Origin: an uncultured delta proteobacterium
Lineage (GTDB): Bacteria > Myxococcota_A > Polyangia > Fen-1088
DNA: 64,000 nt
Assembly (NCBI GenBank): GCA_963767925.1
Contig: CAVYGB010000001.1
Coordinates: 320,001 to 384,000 of the forward strand
Direction: 5' to 3'
The notes below the pieces were generated by a model that was given only the letters and a program-made list of their open reading frames with translations, was not told where the DNA came from and searched no databases. Both the position numbers and the translations under genes were made by a program. Below, piece after piece: positions 9,737-19,631 of this stretch (position 1 is its first letter; each line of letters opens with the position of its first letter).

Positions 9737-12700
9737 TCAGGACAGGAGCATCTCCAGGGTCTCGCGGTCCAGGCCGCGGACGAAGCCCTGGTCCTCGTTG
9801 ATGATCGACTCGGCCAGGCCGCGCTTCGACTCCTGCAGCGCTGCCACCTTCTCCTCGACGGTGTCCCGGCAGAGCAGGCGGTAGACGAAGACCTGGCGCT
9901 GCTGCCCGATGCGGTGGGTGCGGTCGACGGCCTGGGCCTCCACCGCCGGGTTCCACCAGGGATCCAGGATGAAGACGTAGTCGGCGGCGGTGAGGTTCAG
10001 CCCGGTGCCGCCGGCCTTGAGGCTGATCAGGAACAGCGGGCAGTCGGGATCGTTCTGGAAGCGGGTCACCCGGGCCGCCCGGTCCTGAACCTGCCCATCG
10101 AGGTATTCGTAGGTCACCCCCTCGGCGTCCAGCCGCGCCCGCACCAGCGCCAGGAAGCTCGTGAACTGCGAGAACACGAGGGCCTTGTGCCCCTCGGCCC
10201 GCAGCTCCGCCAGCCGCGGCAGCAGCACCTCCAGCTTGGCGCTGGGCTCGTTGGCCCGCGCGGGGTCGATCAGCCCCGGATGGCAGGCGGCCTGCCGCAG
10301 GCGCAGCAGCGCCTCCAGCACCTGGATCGCGTTCTGCTTCCCCTCGCCGCCGGCGCCAGCGCCGGCCCCGGTCTCCTTCAGCAGGCGGGCCCGGTAGTGG
10401 TCGCGCAGCTCCCGGTAGTGCTTGGCCTGCGCCGGCTCGAGCTCGCAGAAGATTGTCTCCTCGTGTTTGGGCGGCAGCTCCGGCGCGACCTGGGCCTTGG
10501 TGCGGCGGAGGATGAACGGCCGCAGCGCCCGCGCCAGGCCGATCAGGGACTCCTCGCCCGGGCGCCCGCGCCCGGTGATGGCCTCGAAGGCGCGGGTCGA
10601 CCCCAGCATGCCCGGGTTCAGGAACTCGAACAGCGACCACAGCTCGCCCAGGTGGTTCTCCACCGGGGTGCCCGACAGGGCCAGCCGGTGCTGGCCGCGG
10701 AGCAGGCGCGCCGCCTTGGCCGACTCCGACGACGGGTTCTTGATCGCCTGGGCCTCGTCGAGGATGAGGTAGTCGAACTCCATCCCGGCCAGCAGGCCGA
10801 CGTCGCTGCGCAAGATCCCGTAGGTGGTCAGGATCAGGTCGGCCCCGGCCAGGCCCTCCAGCCGGGGGGTCCTCCCCGGCCCCACGTGCGCCAGGCAGCG
10901 CAAGCTGGGGGCGAAGCGGGCCGCCTCCTGCTGCCAGTTCCAGACCAGCGACTTGGGCACCACCACCAGCGAGGGCGTCTTCACCTCCGTGCGCCGCTGC
11001 TCCAGCAGGGCCAGGATCTGGATGGTCTTGCCGAGGCCCATGTCGTCCGCCAGGCAGCCCCCGAACCCGAAGCGGCGCAGGAAGCTGAACCACCCCACCC
11101 CCACCTCCTGGTAGGGACGCAGCTGGCCGAGGAAGCCGGGCGGGGCCGGCTCGGCCGCCACCCCCTCGAAGCGGGCCACCTCCTGGCGGGCGCGCGCGAA
11201 GATCTCGTCGACCTGCGCCTCTGGCTGGGCCGACACCAGGGCGTCCAGCAGGCCGGTCTGGCTGCGCTTGAAGCGGAGCTGATCGCCGTCGATGGTGCCC
11301 ATCTCCGCCAGCAGCCCGTACCGGGCCAGCCACTCCTCGGGCAACATCCCCAGGCTGCCATCGCCGAGCACCACGGTCTTCTCGCCCCGGCGCAGCGCCC
11401 GCAACAGATCCGGCAGCGAGGCGCTCACTCCGTCGAAGTCGACCCTGGCGCTGAGGTCGAACCAGTCGATCCCGCTCTGCACGCTGATGTCGAACCGGCC
11501 CGGCCGCCGGTGCAGGCGTCCCTGCGCGTGCACCTGCCAGCCCTCCGCCAGCAGGATGCGCACCACCGCCGGCAACCGCGAGGCGGCGATCTCGAACACC
11601 CCCTCGTCGTCATCGGCGTGATACGGGATGCGAAAGCCCAGCTCCAGCAGGCGCTCGGCGGCCGCCCGCTCCGCCGGGCGATCGCGCCGGATCAGCAGCC
11701 CCTCCTGGGGCACCACCATGCCCGCGCGACGGTCGCCGGCTTCGATGCGCCGCCCCTCGTAGGAGAAGGCCAGGTGAGCCAGCGGGCGCTCCCCCACGTT
11801 CCGGAGCTGCATCGTGCCCGGCCAGCGCACCGGCGGCTCGGCCTCCGGTGGCCGCACCGTGATCTCGGGCCGCGGCGCCGCCACGACCTCGGTCATGGCC
11901 AGGCCTTCCGGGAGCGACAGCGGGGGCAGGGCGTGCTGGGTGAGCAGCTCCTCGAGGAACGGCTGCACCTCGGTGGCGGCCACCGGAATCGACTTCACCC
12001 GGCCCAGCAGCTTGGCCAGCGGGAAGGCCCCGAAGTCCCGGAAACGGGCCAGCCGGTCCCCCAGGATCATCCAGCCCTCCGGGCTGAGCATCTTGACCGC
12101 CGCCAGCTCCACCTGCTCCGCCTCCCGCCGCGCGCCCCCCAGCATGGCCAGACCATCGCCGCCCCGGTCCTCCATCTGCACGACGAGCTCCCAGGGCGCA
12201 CCCGGGTCGTAGCGCAGCGGCGACAGGGCGCGCCCCTCGGCCTCGATGAGAAAGAAGCGACCGGTCGCCGACACCAGGGGCATGAGCTGATCGGCCATGC
12301 TCACCGGAACCGGGATGGTGGTGAGGAAGTGGGCGCCGTCGCCGTAGCCCCCGGTGTCGGCGATCGTGGCCGCCCCCTGCAACAGGGGCAGCAGCCGGCG
12401 ATCGTGCTCGTCCTCCAGCAGCGCGAGCGTGTCGAAAGGAATGCGCGCCGCCCCGGGCAGCGTACGCCTGGCCGGCCTGGCCGGCGCTGCCACCCGCCCC
12501 GGTTTTGCTGCCCTGGCCCGCTTGCGTCCCAGGATGCGCAGGGTCAGCGGTCCCACCCCACTCTGCATGGCGTCCACCGCATAGAGGATCTCACCCCGGA
12601 ACGGCTTGCCGTGCCGGCGCGGCCCCTCCGCCCGCGAGCGGGCCTCGTCGAGCAGCTTCTTCCAGGCCGGTGGCGCCACCATCGACGGAGGCGGCTGCGA

Positions 12701-13036
12701 GGCGCGGCCGCCGGCGCCGGGCGGGCGCTCACCGGGTCGCGGCCAGCGCTCGAACTCCGGCAGCCGCCGCAACAGCCCCTCGCCGTTGGCCGCCAGCACG
12801 GTGGCCCACAGGTGCTCGCAGGTGCCGGTCGCCCGGGAGGCGGCGCAGGTGCAAGCCAGGACGAGGTCGCCGCCCAGCACCTCGATTCCGGTCTGCTCGA
12901 TCGCCCCCCGTCCCACCTCCGCCAGCACGGCGTGCCCCGACGAATGGAGAATCTTCACCACCCCCGCCCGGTACAGCGCCGCCCCGGGCGCCCGCACCGC
13001 GCCCGGGAACTGGGCAATCAGATCGGCGAAGACCAC
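9737..13036 (-). CDS. SWIM zinc finger + SNF2-family helicase
   Basis: CTC...CEH SWIM; LADDMGLGKT, DEAQ, SGTPVEN, WWNPAVEAQAVDRTHRIGQ. Confidence 0.93.
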   Translation of the reverse strand: MVFADLIAQFPGAVRAPGAALYRAGVVKILHSSGHAVLAEVGRGAIEQTGIEVLGGDLVLACTCAASRATGTCEHLWATVLAANGEGLLRRLPEFERWPRPGERPPGAGGRASQPPPSMVAPPAWKKLLDEARSRAEGPRRHGKPFRGEILYAVDAMQSGVGPLTLRILGRKRARAAKPGRVAAPARPARRTLPGAARIPFDTLALLEDEHDRRLLPLLQGAATIADTGGYGDGAHFLTTIPVPVSMADQLMPLVSATGRFFLIEAEGRALSPLRYDPGAPWELVVQMEDRGGDGLAMLGGARREAEQVELAAVKMLSPEGWMILGDRLARFRDFGAFPLAKLLGRVKSIPVAATEVQPFLEELLTQHALPPLSLPEGLAMTEVVAAPRPEITVRPPEAEPPVRWPGTMQLRNVGERPLAHLAFSYEGRRIEAGDRRAGMVVPQEGLLIRRDRPAERAAAERLLELGFRIPYHADDDEGVFEIAASRLPAVVRILLAEGWQVHAQGRLHRRPGRFDISVQSGIDWFDLSARVDFDGVSASLPDLLRALRRGEKTVVLGDGSLGMLPEEWLARYGLLAEMGTIDGDQLRFKRSQTGLLDALVSAQPEAQVDEIFARARQEVARFEGVAAEPAPPGFLGQLRPYQEVGVGWFSFLRRFGFGGCLADDMGLGKTIQILALLEQRRTEVKTPSLVVVPKSLVWNWQQEAARFAPSLRCLAHVGPGRTPRLEGLAGADLILTTYGILRSDVGLLAGMEFDYLILDEAQAIKNPSSESAKAARLLRGQHRLALSGTPVENHLGELWSLFEFLNPGMLGSTRAFEAITGRGRPGEESLIGLARALRPFILRRTKAQVAPELPPKHEETIFCELEPAQAKHYRELRDHYRARLLKETGAGAGAGGEGKQNAIQVLEALLRLRQAACHPGLIDPARANEPSAKLEVLLPRLAELRAEGHKALVFSQFTSFLALVRARLDAEGVTYEYLDGQVQDRAARVTRFQNDPDCPLFLISLKAGGTGLNLTAADYVFILDPWWNPAVEAQAVDRTHRIGQQRQVFVYRLLCRDTVEEKVAALQESKRGLAESIINEDQGFVRGLDRETLEMLLS

Positions 13037-13138
13037 GCGCTCACGGACCGGGACGTCATCGAACCGGATACCCTACCTCATCGCGCGCCGCTCACCCACG
13101 GGATGAGGCCGTTCGCAGCGGTTGAAACTGAAAGGCGG

Positions 13139-13564
13139 TCAGCCGGCTGGCGTCGCGTCGGCAGAGGCGGCCAGCTCGTCCAGGAAGCGGCTGGCGGCGG
13201 CGAGCCCGACGGGCGCCTCGCGCACCATCCGGACCGGATCGAGGTCCCCGTAGGCGTGGGCGATGCGGTTCCTGAGGGAGGAGAGCAGGGCCATGGCCCG
13301 GGCGGCGTCGGGCGTGATCGAGCCCGAGCGCGCCAGGATCTCGAAGGCCTCCCGGTGCGAAGCCGGGATCCCCAGGCCCCGCTCCGAGATGAGGTGGGTC
13401 GCCAGATCGAGCGCGTCCTGGACCAGGAGAAACAGGTTGAAGGCGATGAAGGCCTCCGTGCGCTCGTCCTCGAGGACCGCCTCGGCCCGGGCCGGCAAGG
13501 CCTTGCGGACCTTCTCGATGCGCTCACGGCATTGCAGCAGCTTGCGAAGGAGCAGCTCGTTCAT
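13139..13564 (-). CDS. HEPN/DUF86 RNase toxin (HepT-like)
   Basis: RNRIAHAY = RxxxxH plus adjacent Tyr; overlaps the MNT stop. Confidence 0.88.
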   Translation of the reverse strand: MNELLLRKLLQCRERIEKVRKALPARAEAVLEDERTEAFIAFNLFLLVQDALDLATHLISERGLGIPASHREAFEILARSGSITPDAARAMALLSSLRNRIAHAYGDLDPVRMVREAPVGLAAASRFLDELAASADATPAG

Positions 13565-13971
13565 GCCCGGCGGGCCTCGGCTTCCCGGGCCAGGCGGCGG
13601 CGCACCCCTTCGGCGCAGCGGGTGACCATGGGAGCGAGATCGAAGTAGCGGAGCGCCGATTCGGCCCGGAAGCTGGTCCAGGTGGCCGGCTCGCGTTCGT
13701 GGAGCAACAGCCCGTCGCGCGCGATCTCGAACCGCAGCCAGTCAGAGGCGGTCTCCAGGCTCACCACGTGCGGCTCGCGCTCCATCAACCCGCCCACCTC
13801 GGTGCCGACGTCGAGCTGCTCCCAGAAGCCGCCGCCCAGGACGCCCACATCGGCGTCGCTGTCCGGCCGGCCGCTGCGCCGAGCCAGCGAGCCGAAGAGG
13901 ACCACCAGGCGCACGCCGGGCCAGCGTCCTGCCAGACGCGCCAGGGGAGCGGCCAGCTCGGAAGGCTCCAT
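13561..13971 (-). CDS. MNT nucleotidyltransferase antitoxin (MntA-like)
   Basis: LFGSLARRSGRPDSDAD matches GS-x10-DxD. Confidence 0.88.
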   Translation of the reverse strand: MEPSELAAPLARLAGRWPGVRLVVLFGSLARRSGRPDSDADVGVLGGGFWEQLDVGTEVGGLMEREPHVVSLETASDWLRFEIARDGLLLHEREPATWTSFRAESALRYFDLAPMVTRCAEGVRRRLAREAEARRA

Positions 13972-14129
13972 CGGCCCGAGGATAGCCTGCGCGGCACGCC
14001 TCTGCACGGCGGGCCGCCCGGCGGCGCCGGGCGGCTCCCTGGCCAGGAGCCGCCGGCGCGTTTCGCGGTCAGCTGCGGCAGAGTTCTACGACAGAGTCGC
14101 CGGGGCGCTCGGCCGCCGTGGTTGCCTCT

Positions 14130-17100
14130 TCAGGAGGGGGCGTGGGCGACCGAGAGGGGCGGGGTGCCCAGCGAGGCGCTCGGGGCGGCGGGGAGCCTCG
14201 CGCTGGGCCGCAGGGAAGGGGGCGTATCCAGGTGCGCCTCCACGCGCTTCTGACTCTGCAACCAGGCGTTGTCGGGCAGGGCCAGCGCGTTGACGAAAGG
14301 CGCGCTCTGCTCGGTGACGAACACCTGCTCGGGCGTGGGGGGCGGCTTGCGGTGGATGAACATCTCGATGAACGCGACAAGGATCCCGACGATCGCCGCC
14401 ACCACGCCGACGATCGGGATGGCGCTGAGGACCTCGATCCCGACCAGGGCGGCGATGCCGATGCCACCCTCCACCAGGAAGGCGACCCCGTTGGCCACCT
14501 CGCCCAGGATGTCGAACACCTTGATCGCGGTCGGCTGGCCCGAGGCGAAGTCGGCCGCGATCTGGAAACCGGTCGCGACACAGGCCGCCCCCATGGCGAT
14601 GATCGTGATTCCCCTGGCCATCACCTCGGTCACCTGGGCAAATTTGGTCCAGCGCGAGGCCGCCGCCGCCAGGCCCTCCGCGTTCGTGAGCGCCACGCCG
14701 GCGACCTCACCGGCCCGGGCCAGCGCGGGGGCCGCCAGGTCATCGAGCTCGATGTCCACCTGGACCGCGATCTTGTCTGCCGCCTCGGTCAGGCGGGTAA
14801 AATCGAGCTCGGTCTGGATCTGACCGGTGGCCTCCATGAGATCCTCGAGGGAGGAGGTGGCGGTCGCGAGCTTCTGGGCCGCGGTGTAGGTGACGACGTC
14901 GTTGAAGATGTTGATGGTGACGTCGAGGATCTGCGTGACGGTCTGCACCTGCTCCGCTGGCTTGAGCTGTCCCCAGCCGAGCAGCGCCTGGATCGACTGC
15001 CAGATCCCGAAGCCGTAGACCGCGATGGACAGGCTCCCGGCGATGAACTTGCTCTTGCGCGGGTTGTTGTCCGCCCAGACCTTGAGCCGCGCTGGCATGA
15101 TCCCCTTGGCCGTCCGCAGGACGTCGACCATGTCGGCGATCATGTTGCCCATCCCGTCGACCAGGGCATTGACGTTGTCGACCTGGTATTCGGCCATGAG
15201 CGCCTGGAGGTCGGCGACCGCCTGACCCCGGATGGCGTCGCCCCACTTGCCGTCGACGAGCAGGGAGGCGAAGTACTGGCGGAAGAACTCGGTCAGGAAC
15301 CCGACGAAGTCCTCCTTCGTGCCGGCGCCGACGAACTTGAGCACCTCGTTGAGGCGGTAGTCCATCACCCGCTCGTACAGCGAGGTGGCGTAGGAGACCG
15401 ACTTTCCGTCGGGCTTGACCACGCGGGCGGCCGGGTCGAGCACGTGCAACAAGGTGGACAGGTGGGTGAGCCGCTGCCGGTTGTCGACGGTGTTCTGCAG
15501 GGCCAGGCCGGTGAGCTCGAGCGGGTCGGTGCAGTATTCGTACAGCTTCTGGGCCCAGCCGACCGGATCGCTTTGCAGGTACGGGGCGAGCTCCGGCACC
15601 GTGTCGGAGTAGGAGCTGTCGAGCAGCTTCGCGGTCACCTGGCTGTAGGCCTTGCTCTGGGAGAACGAGGTGGTGCCGTCGCCCTTCCAGAAGTAGCCGA
15701 GCTTGTCGTCGACGCTGGACAGCTTCGCGAACTGGGCCTGGATGTTCGGGTCGGTGCTCTTCGAGAACGCCTGGGTCAGGTAGCCGATGGCGAACTTGTC
15801 GACCAGGAACGCGTTGACCTCGTCGGTCTGCAACATCGCCGCGTCGCTGTCGCTGAGGGCCTGCCCCTGGCCGACCGCGGGCGCGGTCTCGCCGAACCAC
15901 TGCAGCCACTGGGTGCCATTGGCGGCGTCGCGCTTGCTGAGGGCCAGCAGCATCAGGCTCTTCAGCTTGCCGAAGCTCAGCTCGTGCACGTTGGTCATGT
16001 CGGGCGGGGGCACCAGGAAGAGCTGCTCCGCGCTCATCGGCAAGGCGCCGGCGAGCTGCATGGCCTGCGCGATGGGGGCGGGGACCGGCGCCGAGGCCGG
16101 GTTGGGGCGCAGCAGGGCGCTGTCGATGGGCTGGGCCAGCATCCGGGAGGTGGAGCCGGTCATCATCGCCTGCAGCTTTGCCAGGTCCTTGCAGGTGCCG
16201 TGCACCGCCACCCCGTCGCCGCGGAAGCCCGGCTTGGTCTGATCGAAGGGGTAGATGGTGCCGGCGAAGGCCCGGTAGTCCATCGTGAAGTCGAGCTCCG
16301 CCGCGACCCAGGCGCTGCCGCCGAACTGGCAGAGCTGGGGGTCGACGTTGAGCTCCGCGTGCAGCACGGTCAGCGACTGCTTGTTGGTGGCGACCGAGAA
16401 CACGACGGTGGAATACTTCTGCAGGTTGGCGGTGGCGGTGGCGTCTCCGGGGACGGTCACCTCCCCGAGCGCGTGGAGCAGCCCCTTGTCGTCGCGGGTG
16501 AAGCCCATGTCGAACTCGTACCAGGGGGTGCGGTCGGAGCCGGCTTCGGTCGTGTAGCCGACCAGCCCGGCCGCCGTGAACAGCAGGGGGGCCCCGCCGT
16601 AGCTGACCGCGCCGTGGCCGAGCAGCCCGTGCGCCGCCAGGCGGAGCGCGCCGGTCTCCTCGACGCCGGAGTCGAGGCGCCGGTGCCAGTAGAGGTGGTC
16701 CCCGTCGGCGTGGCTGGCGACCGGCTCGCCGTCGACGAAGAGCCGGCCCTGGTAGACCCCGAGCTGGTCGAACGCCCGGCCGGGCGCGCTCGCCCCGTGC
16801 GCCTCGACCTTCATGGTCGGCAGGACCAGGTGGGCCGCGCCGGCGACCGCGCGCCGGCGCACCCCGTGGGCGTCGGTGTGGGCGGCCCGGGCGGCCGAGC
16901 GCCTGGGATCGCGCAGGGCGGAGGCGACCGCGCTCACCACGCCCTTGCCGAGGGCCTTGCTCAGCATCGGCTCGATCTCGCCGAGGGTGCGGCCGAAGGC
17001 GAGCTGCTCGGCGTTCGACATGTTCGAGACCATGTTCGACGTGATGTGCTGGACGGTGATCTCGGGGTAGTTGACCAGACAGCAGTAGCCGCGAGCGTGG

Positions 17101-18398
17101 TACGAGTGGTGCCCGCGCAGGTGCAGGTCGTAGCCCGTGGGCCCCTTGCCGGCGGCGAAGGTCTCGACGTTGATGCGCTCGACGACGATCTTCTCGTACT
17201 CCGTGCGGTCGTCGCCCTTGCTGGCCAGGCGCCAGACGACGTCGCCCACGTCCAGGCGCTTGACCGCGTGGTGCGGGACGAAGCTCATCGTCACCTCGGG
17301 CGCCAGGCTGCACCAGCCCCGCTGGGTCATGACCGCGTGCTCGAACGACATGAAAGGCGGGTCGTCGTTGAAGCTGTACAGTCCGGTGAGCTGGTCGTTG
17401 ACCACCAGCTCGGCCGAGCAGACCGAGACCGCCCCGCCGCCGCTGGCCACCTCGTCGCCCTCCTGCAGCCGCTCGACCGGCGTCGTCGATCCGTCCGCCA
17501 GCAAGATGGGTGTCCCCGCGCGCACGCAGCCGTTGCTCTGGCGGACGTCGGTGACGTTGCTGGGCGCCTTGCCCGACGCCAGGCCGAAGGCGGGCGGCCC
17601 CCCGCTCGAGTTGACCCACTGGACGACGCCGGCGCCGTAGGTCGTGCGCACCCAGGTGCTCAGCGTGCCGAACCCGTTCATGTCCGGCACGTCCCGCGAG
17701 TAGATCGTCTGCGCGCCACAGGCCACCGCGACCGCCTGGAACACGGCGCCGAAGGCCGGCGCGCCCTGGCGGAAGCTCGGCTCGACGGCGTCGAGCCAGG
17801 GGTAGCGGTCGAAGCCCTCGAGGTCGGTGCTCCAGCGCGGGTTCACCACCCAGGCCTGGAGGACCCGCTTGAAGTTCGGCCCGTCGTTGTCCAGCAGCCG
17901 CAGGGTCAAGAGGAGGACCTTGGCCGGCAGGCTGGATCCGATGGTGTCGCACTCGACAAGGAGGCCGGTCAGGAAGTCGCTGCTGGCGGCCTCGTCGGCG
18001 ATGGCCTTGGCGTTGGTTGCCCCGTCGGTGAAGAAGGGCCCCAGCACGCTCGGCTGCATCAGGTAGTCGGTGAAGATGTCCTGGCCGACCGTGTTCGTGT
18101 TGATGCTGAACCAGCTCTGGATCGTGCCGTAGGAGATGTTCTGGACGGTGGCGTTGAAGCCGAGGGAGGTGTTGGCCGAGAGCGCGAAGCTCAGGTACTC
18201 GACCGCCAGTTGCCGCAGGTTCTGGGCGTCAGCCGCCTCGTGTGTCGTCAGGAACGGCTCGACCGGCTGGCCGGCGAAGAACGTCGCGTGAACGCCGGCA
18301 TCGGCGCTCGTCACCGCATCCAGCAAGCGCGCCTGCAGGAAGGTCTCCGGCGGCGACTTGATCGCCTTCACACTGTTCATGAATTGGTCGAAGTTCAT
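14130..18398 (-). CDS. Large Hint-domain protein with hydrophobic C-terminal helices (putative self-cleaving toxin)
   Basis: Start MNFDQFM with GAGG upstream; Hint G/CVRAGTPILLADGSTTPVERLQEGDEV...YDLHLRGHHSYHARG..LVN; C-terminal hydrophobic hairpin. Confidence 0.75.
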   Translation of the reverse strand: MNFDQFMNSVKAIKSPPETFLQARLLDAVTSADAGVHATFFAGQPVEPFLTTHEAADAQNLRQLAVEYLSFALSANTSLGFNATVQNISYGTIQSWFSINTNTVGQDIFTDYLMQPSVLGPFFTDGATNAKAIADEAASSDFLTGLLVECDTIGSSLPAKVLLLTLRLLDNDGPNFKRVLQAWVVNPRWSTDLEGFDRYPWLDAVEPSFRQGAPAFGAVFQAVAVACGAQTIYSRDVPDMNGFGTLSTWVRTTYGAGVVQWVNSSGGPPAFGLASGKAPSNVTDVRQSNGCVRAGTPILLADGSTTPVERLQEGDEVASGGGAVSVCSAELVVNDQLTGLYSFNDDPPFMSFEHAVMTQRGWCSLAPEVTMSFVPHHAVKRLDVGDVVWRLASKGDDRTEYEKIVVERINVETFAAGKGPTGYDLHLRGHHSYHARGYCCLVNYPEITVQHITSNMVSNMSNAEQLAFGRTLGEIEPMLSKALGKGVVSAVASALRDPRRSAARAAHTDAHGVRRRAVAGAAHLVLPTMKVEAHGASAPGRAFDQLGVYQGRLFVDGEPVASHADGDHLYWHRRLDSGVEETGALRLAAHGLLGHGAVSYGGAPLLFTAAGLVGYTTEAGSDRTPWYEFDMGFTRDDKGLLHALGEVTVPGDATATANLQKYSTVVFSVATNKQSLTVLHAELNVDPQLCQFGGSAWVAAELDFTMDYRAFAGTIYPFDQTKPGFRGDGVAVHGTCKDLAKLQAMMTGSTSRMLAQPIDSALLRPNPASAPVPAPIAQAMQLAGALPMSAEQLFLVPPPDMTNVHELSFGKLKSLMLLALSKRDAANGTQWLQWFGETAPAVGQGQALSDSDAAMLQTDEVNAFLVDKFAIGYLTQAFSKSTDPNIQAQFAKLSSVDDKLGYFWKGDGTTSFSQSKAYSQVTAKLLDSSYSDTVPELAPYLQSDPVGWAQKLYEYCTDPLELTGLALQNTVDNRQRLTHLSTLLHVLDPAARVVKPDGKSVSYATSLYERVMDYRLNEVLKFVGAGTKEDFVGFLTEFFRQYFASLLVDGKWGDAIRGQAVADLQALMAEYQVDNVNALVDGMGNMIADMVDVLRTAKGIMPARLKVWADNNPRKSKFIAGSLSIAVYGFGIWQSIQALLGWGQLKPAEQVQTVTQILDVTINIFNDVVTYTAAQKLATATSSLEDLMEATGQIQTELDFTRLTEAADKIAVQVDIELDDLAAPALARAGEVAGVALTNAEGLAAAASRWTKFAQVTEVMARGITIIAMGAACVATGFQIAADFASGQPTAIKVFDILGEVANGVAFLVEGGIGIAALVGIEVLSAIPIVGVVAAIVGILVAFIEMFIHRKPPPTPEQVFVTEQSAPFVNALALPDNAWLQSQKRVEAHLDTPPSLRPSARLPAAPSASLGTPPLSVAHAPS
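17070..17528 (-). other. Hint (intein-like) domain, ~153 aa
   Basis: Cys1 block A, SFEH block-B-like motif, YDL..GHHSY block F, terminal Asn followed by Tyr. Confidence 0.8.
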
Positions 18399-18597
18399 GG
18401 AAGTACCTCGGGATGTTCGCGACGGTGGGGGTCGGACGTCGGGGTCGGACGGACCTCGAGCGGCGCCATCGTACACCCTGGCGCGCTCGTCGCTCTCGCC
18501 AGTCGGGCCCGGCGCTGATCTCCGGGCAGGTCGCCGCTGCTCAGGCCCTCACGCGTTTTCGGCTTCGTGGTTCGGCTGCGTGGTAAAGAAGGCCCCC

Positions 18598-19311
18598 ATG
18601 TTGCCCGTGCGGACCATCGACAGCGTCCTCACGCCCGAGGGGCGGCTGGAGCTGCGGCAGCGGGATGATGGGCAGGCCTTCATCACCATCGACGGGCGGG
18701 TGCTGATGACCAGCGCCGCCCACCGGTCGGAGACCGAGCTGGCCCGGCTGGCCTGCGCGCCCCTGGCCGGCCGCCCGCGCGCCCATGTGCTGATCGGGGG
18801 GCTGGGCATGGGCTACACCCTGCGCGCGACGCTGGATGACCTGCCCGCCCGCGCGCGCGTGACGGTCGTCGAGCTGAACCCGGTCGTCGTCACCTGGTGC
18901 CGGGGACCGCTGGCCCGGCTCACCGGCAACGCCCTGGCCGATCCTCGGGTGAAGGTGATCGAGCGCGACGTCGCCCGGGTGATCGGCGACGCCGCCGGCG
19001 CCGCCGGCGCCGCCTTCGATGCCATCGTGCTCGACCTCTACGAAGGCCCCCACCAGGCGACAAACCGAGCGACTGACCCCCTGTACGGCCGCGCCGCCCT
19101 CGAGCGGACCGCCAAGGCGCTGCGCCCCGGCGGCATCCTCGCCATCTGGTCCGAGGAGCCCGACCGCCCCTTCGAGGCCCGCCTGGCCGCCGCAGGCTTC
19201 GAGGTCCAGCGCCACGCCCGCGGCAAAGGCGGCCGCTCCCACACGATCTACCTCGGCGTCTTGCTCGCCGCCCCCCGCCCCCGCCCCACCCGCGGACGCC
19301 GATCGGGATGA
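18598..19311 (+). CDS. Spermidine synthase-like SAM-dependent transferase
   Basis: VLIGGLGMGYTL, VVELNP, FDAIVLDL, LRPGGILAIWS. Confidence 0.85.
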   Translation: MLPVRTIDSVLTPEGRLELRQRDDGQAFITIDGRVLMTSAAHRSETELARLACAPLAGRPRAHVLIGGLGMGYTLRATLDDLPARARVTVVELNPVVVTWCRGPLARLTGNALADPRVKVIERDVARVIGDAAGAAGAAFDAIVLDLYEGPHQATNRATDPLYGRAALERTAKALRPGGILAIWSEEPDRPFEARLAAAGFEVQRHARGKGGRSHTIYLGVLLAAPRPRPTRGRRSG

Positions 19312-19631
19312 CAGCGGCGATCAGGTACGAACAGGCCGTTCCATGCGACCTTCATCGTTCGACGGGCCTGACCGCCAGGTGCCCGTTCGGGACCGTGGAT
19401 ACGCTCCTGGCAGACGGCCGCCGGTTCCATAACGACCAACATATTGACCGTTAAAGCCGATATGAGCCTGTAGCGACCAGCATTTTGGCCGTTGAGTATG
19501 CCGGCGGCGACCCTCGCCGACCGCTTCAACCTTCTCGCGTCCGTCGCAGCCTGACTCGTTGTGTGGCCGTCGAATCGCATCGGCGCTCTCCACTCGCCCG
19601 CCAGCTCCGACCGCTGGCGATTTGCTGCGGC

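Noticed and set aside
17070..17528. Canonical splicing intein or homing element
   Set aside because: The +1 residue is Tyr, there is no penultimate His and no endonuclease insert; kept as a cleavage-type Hint
9914..18518. Very long plus-strand ORFs (1244 aa and 1466 aa) and similar antisense ORFs elsewhere
   Set aside because: Shadow frames of real minus-strand genes in high-GC DNA; no motifs and skewed composition
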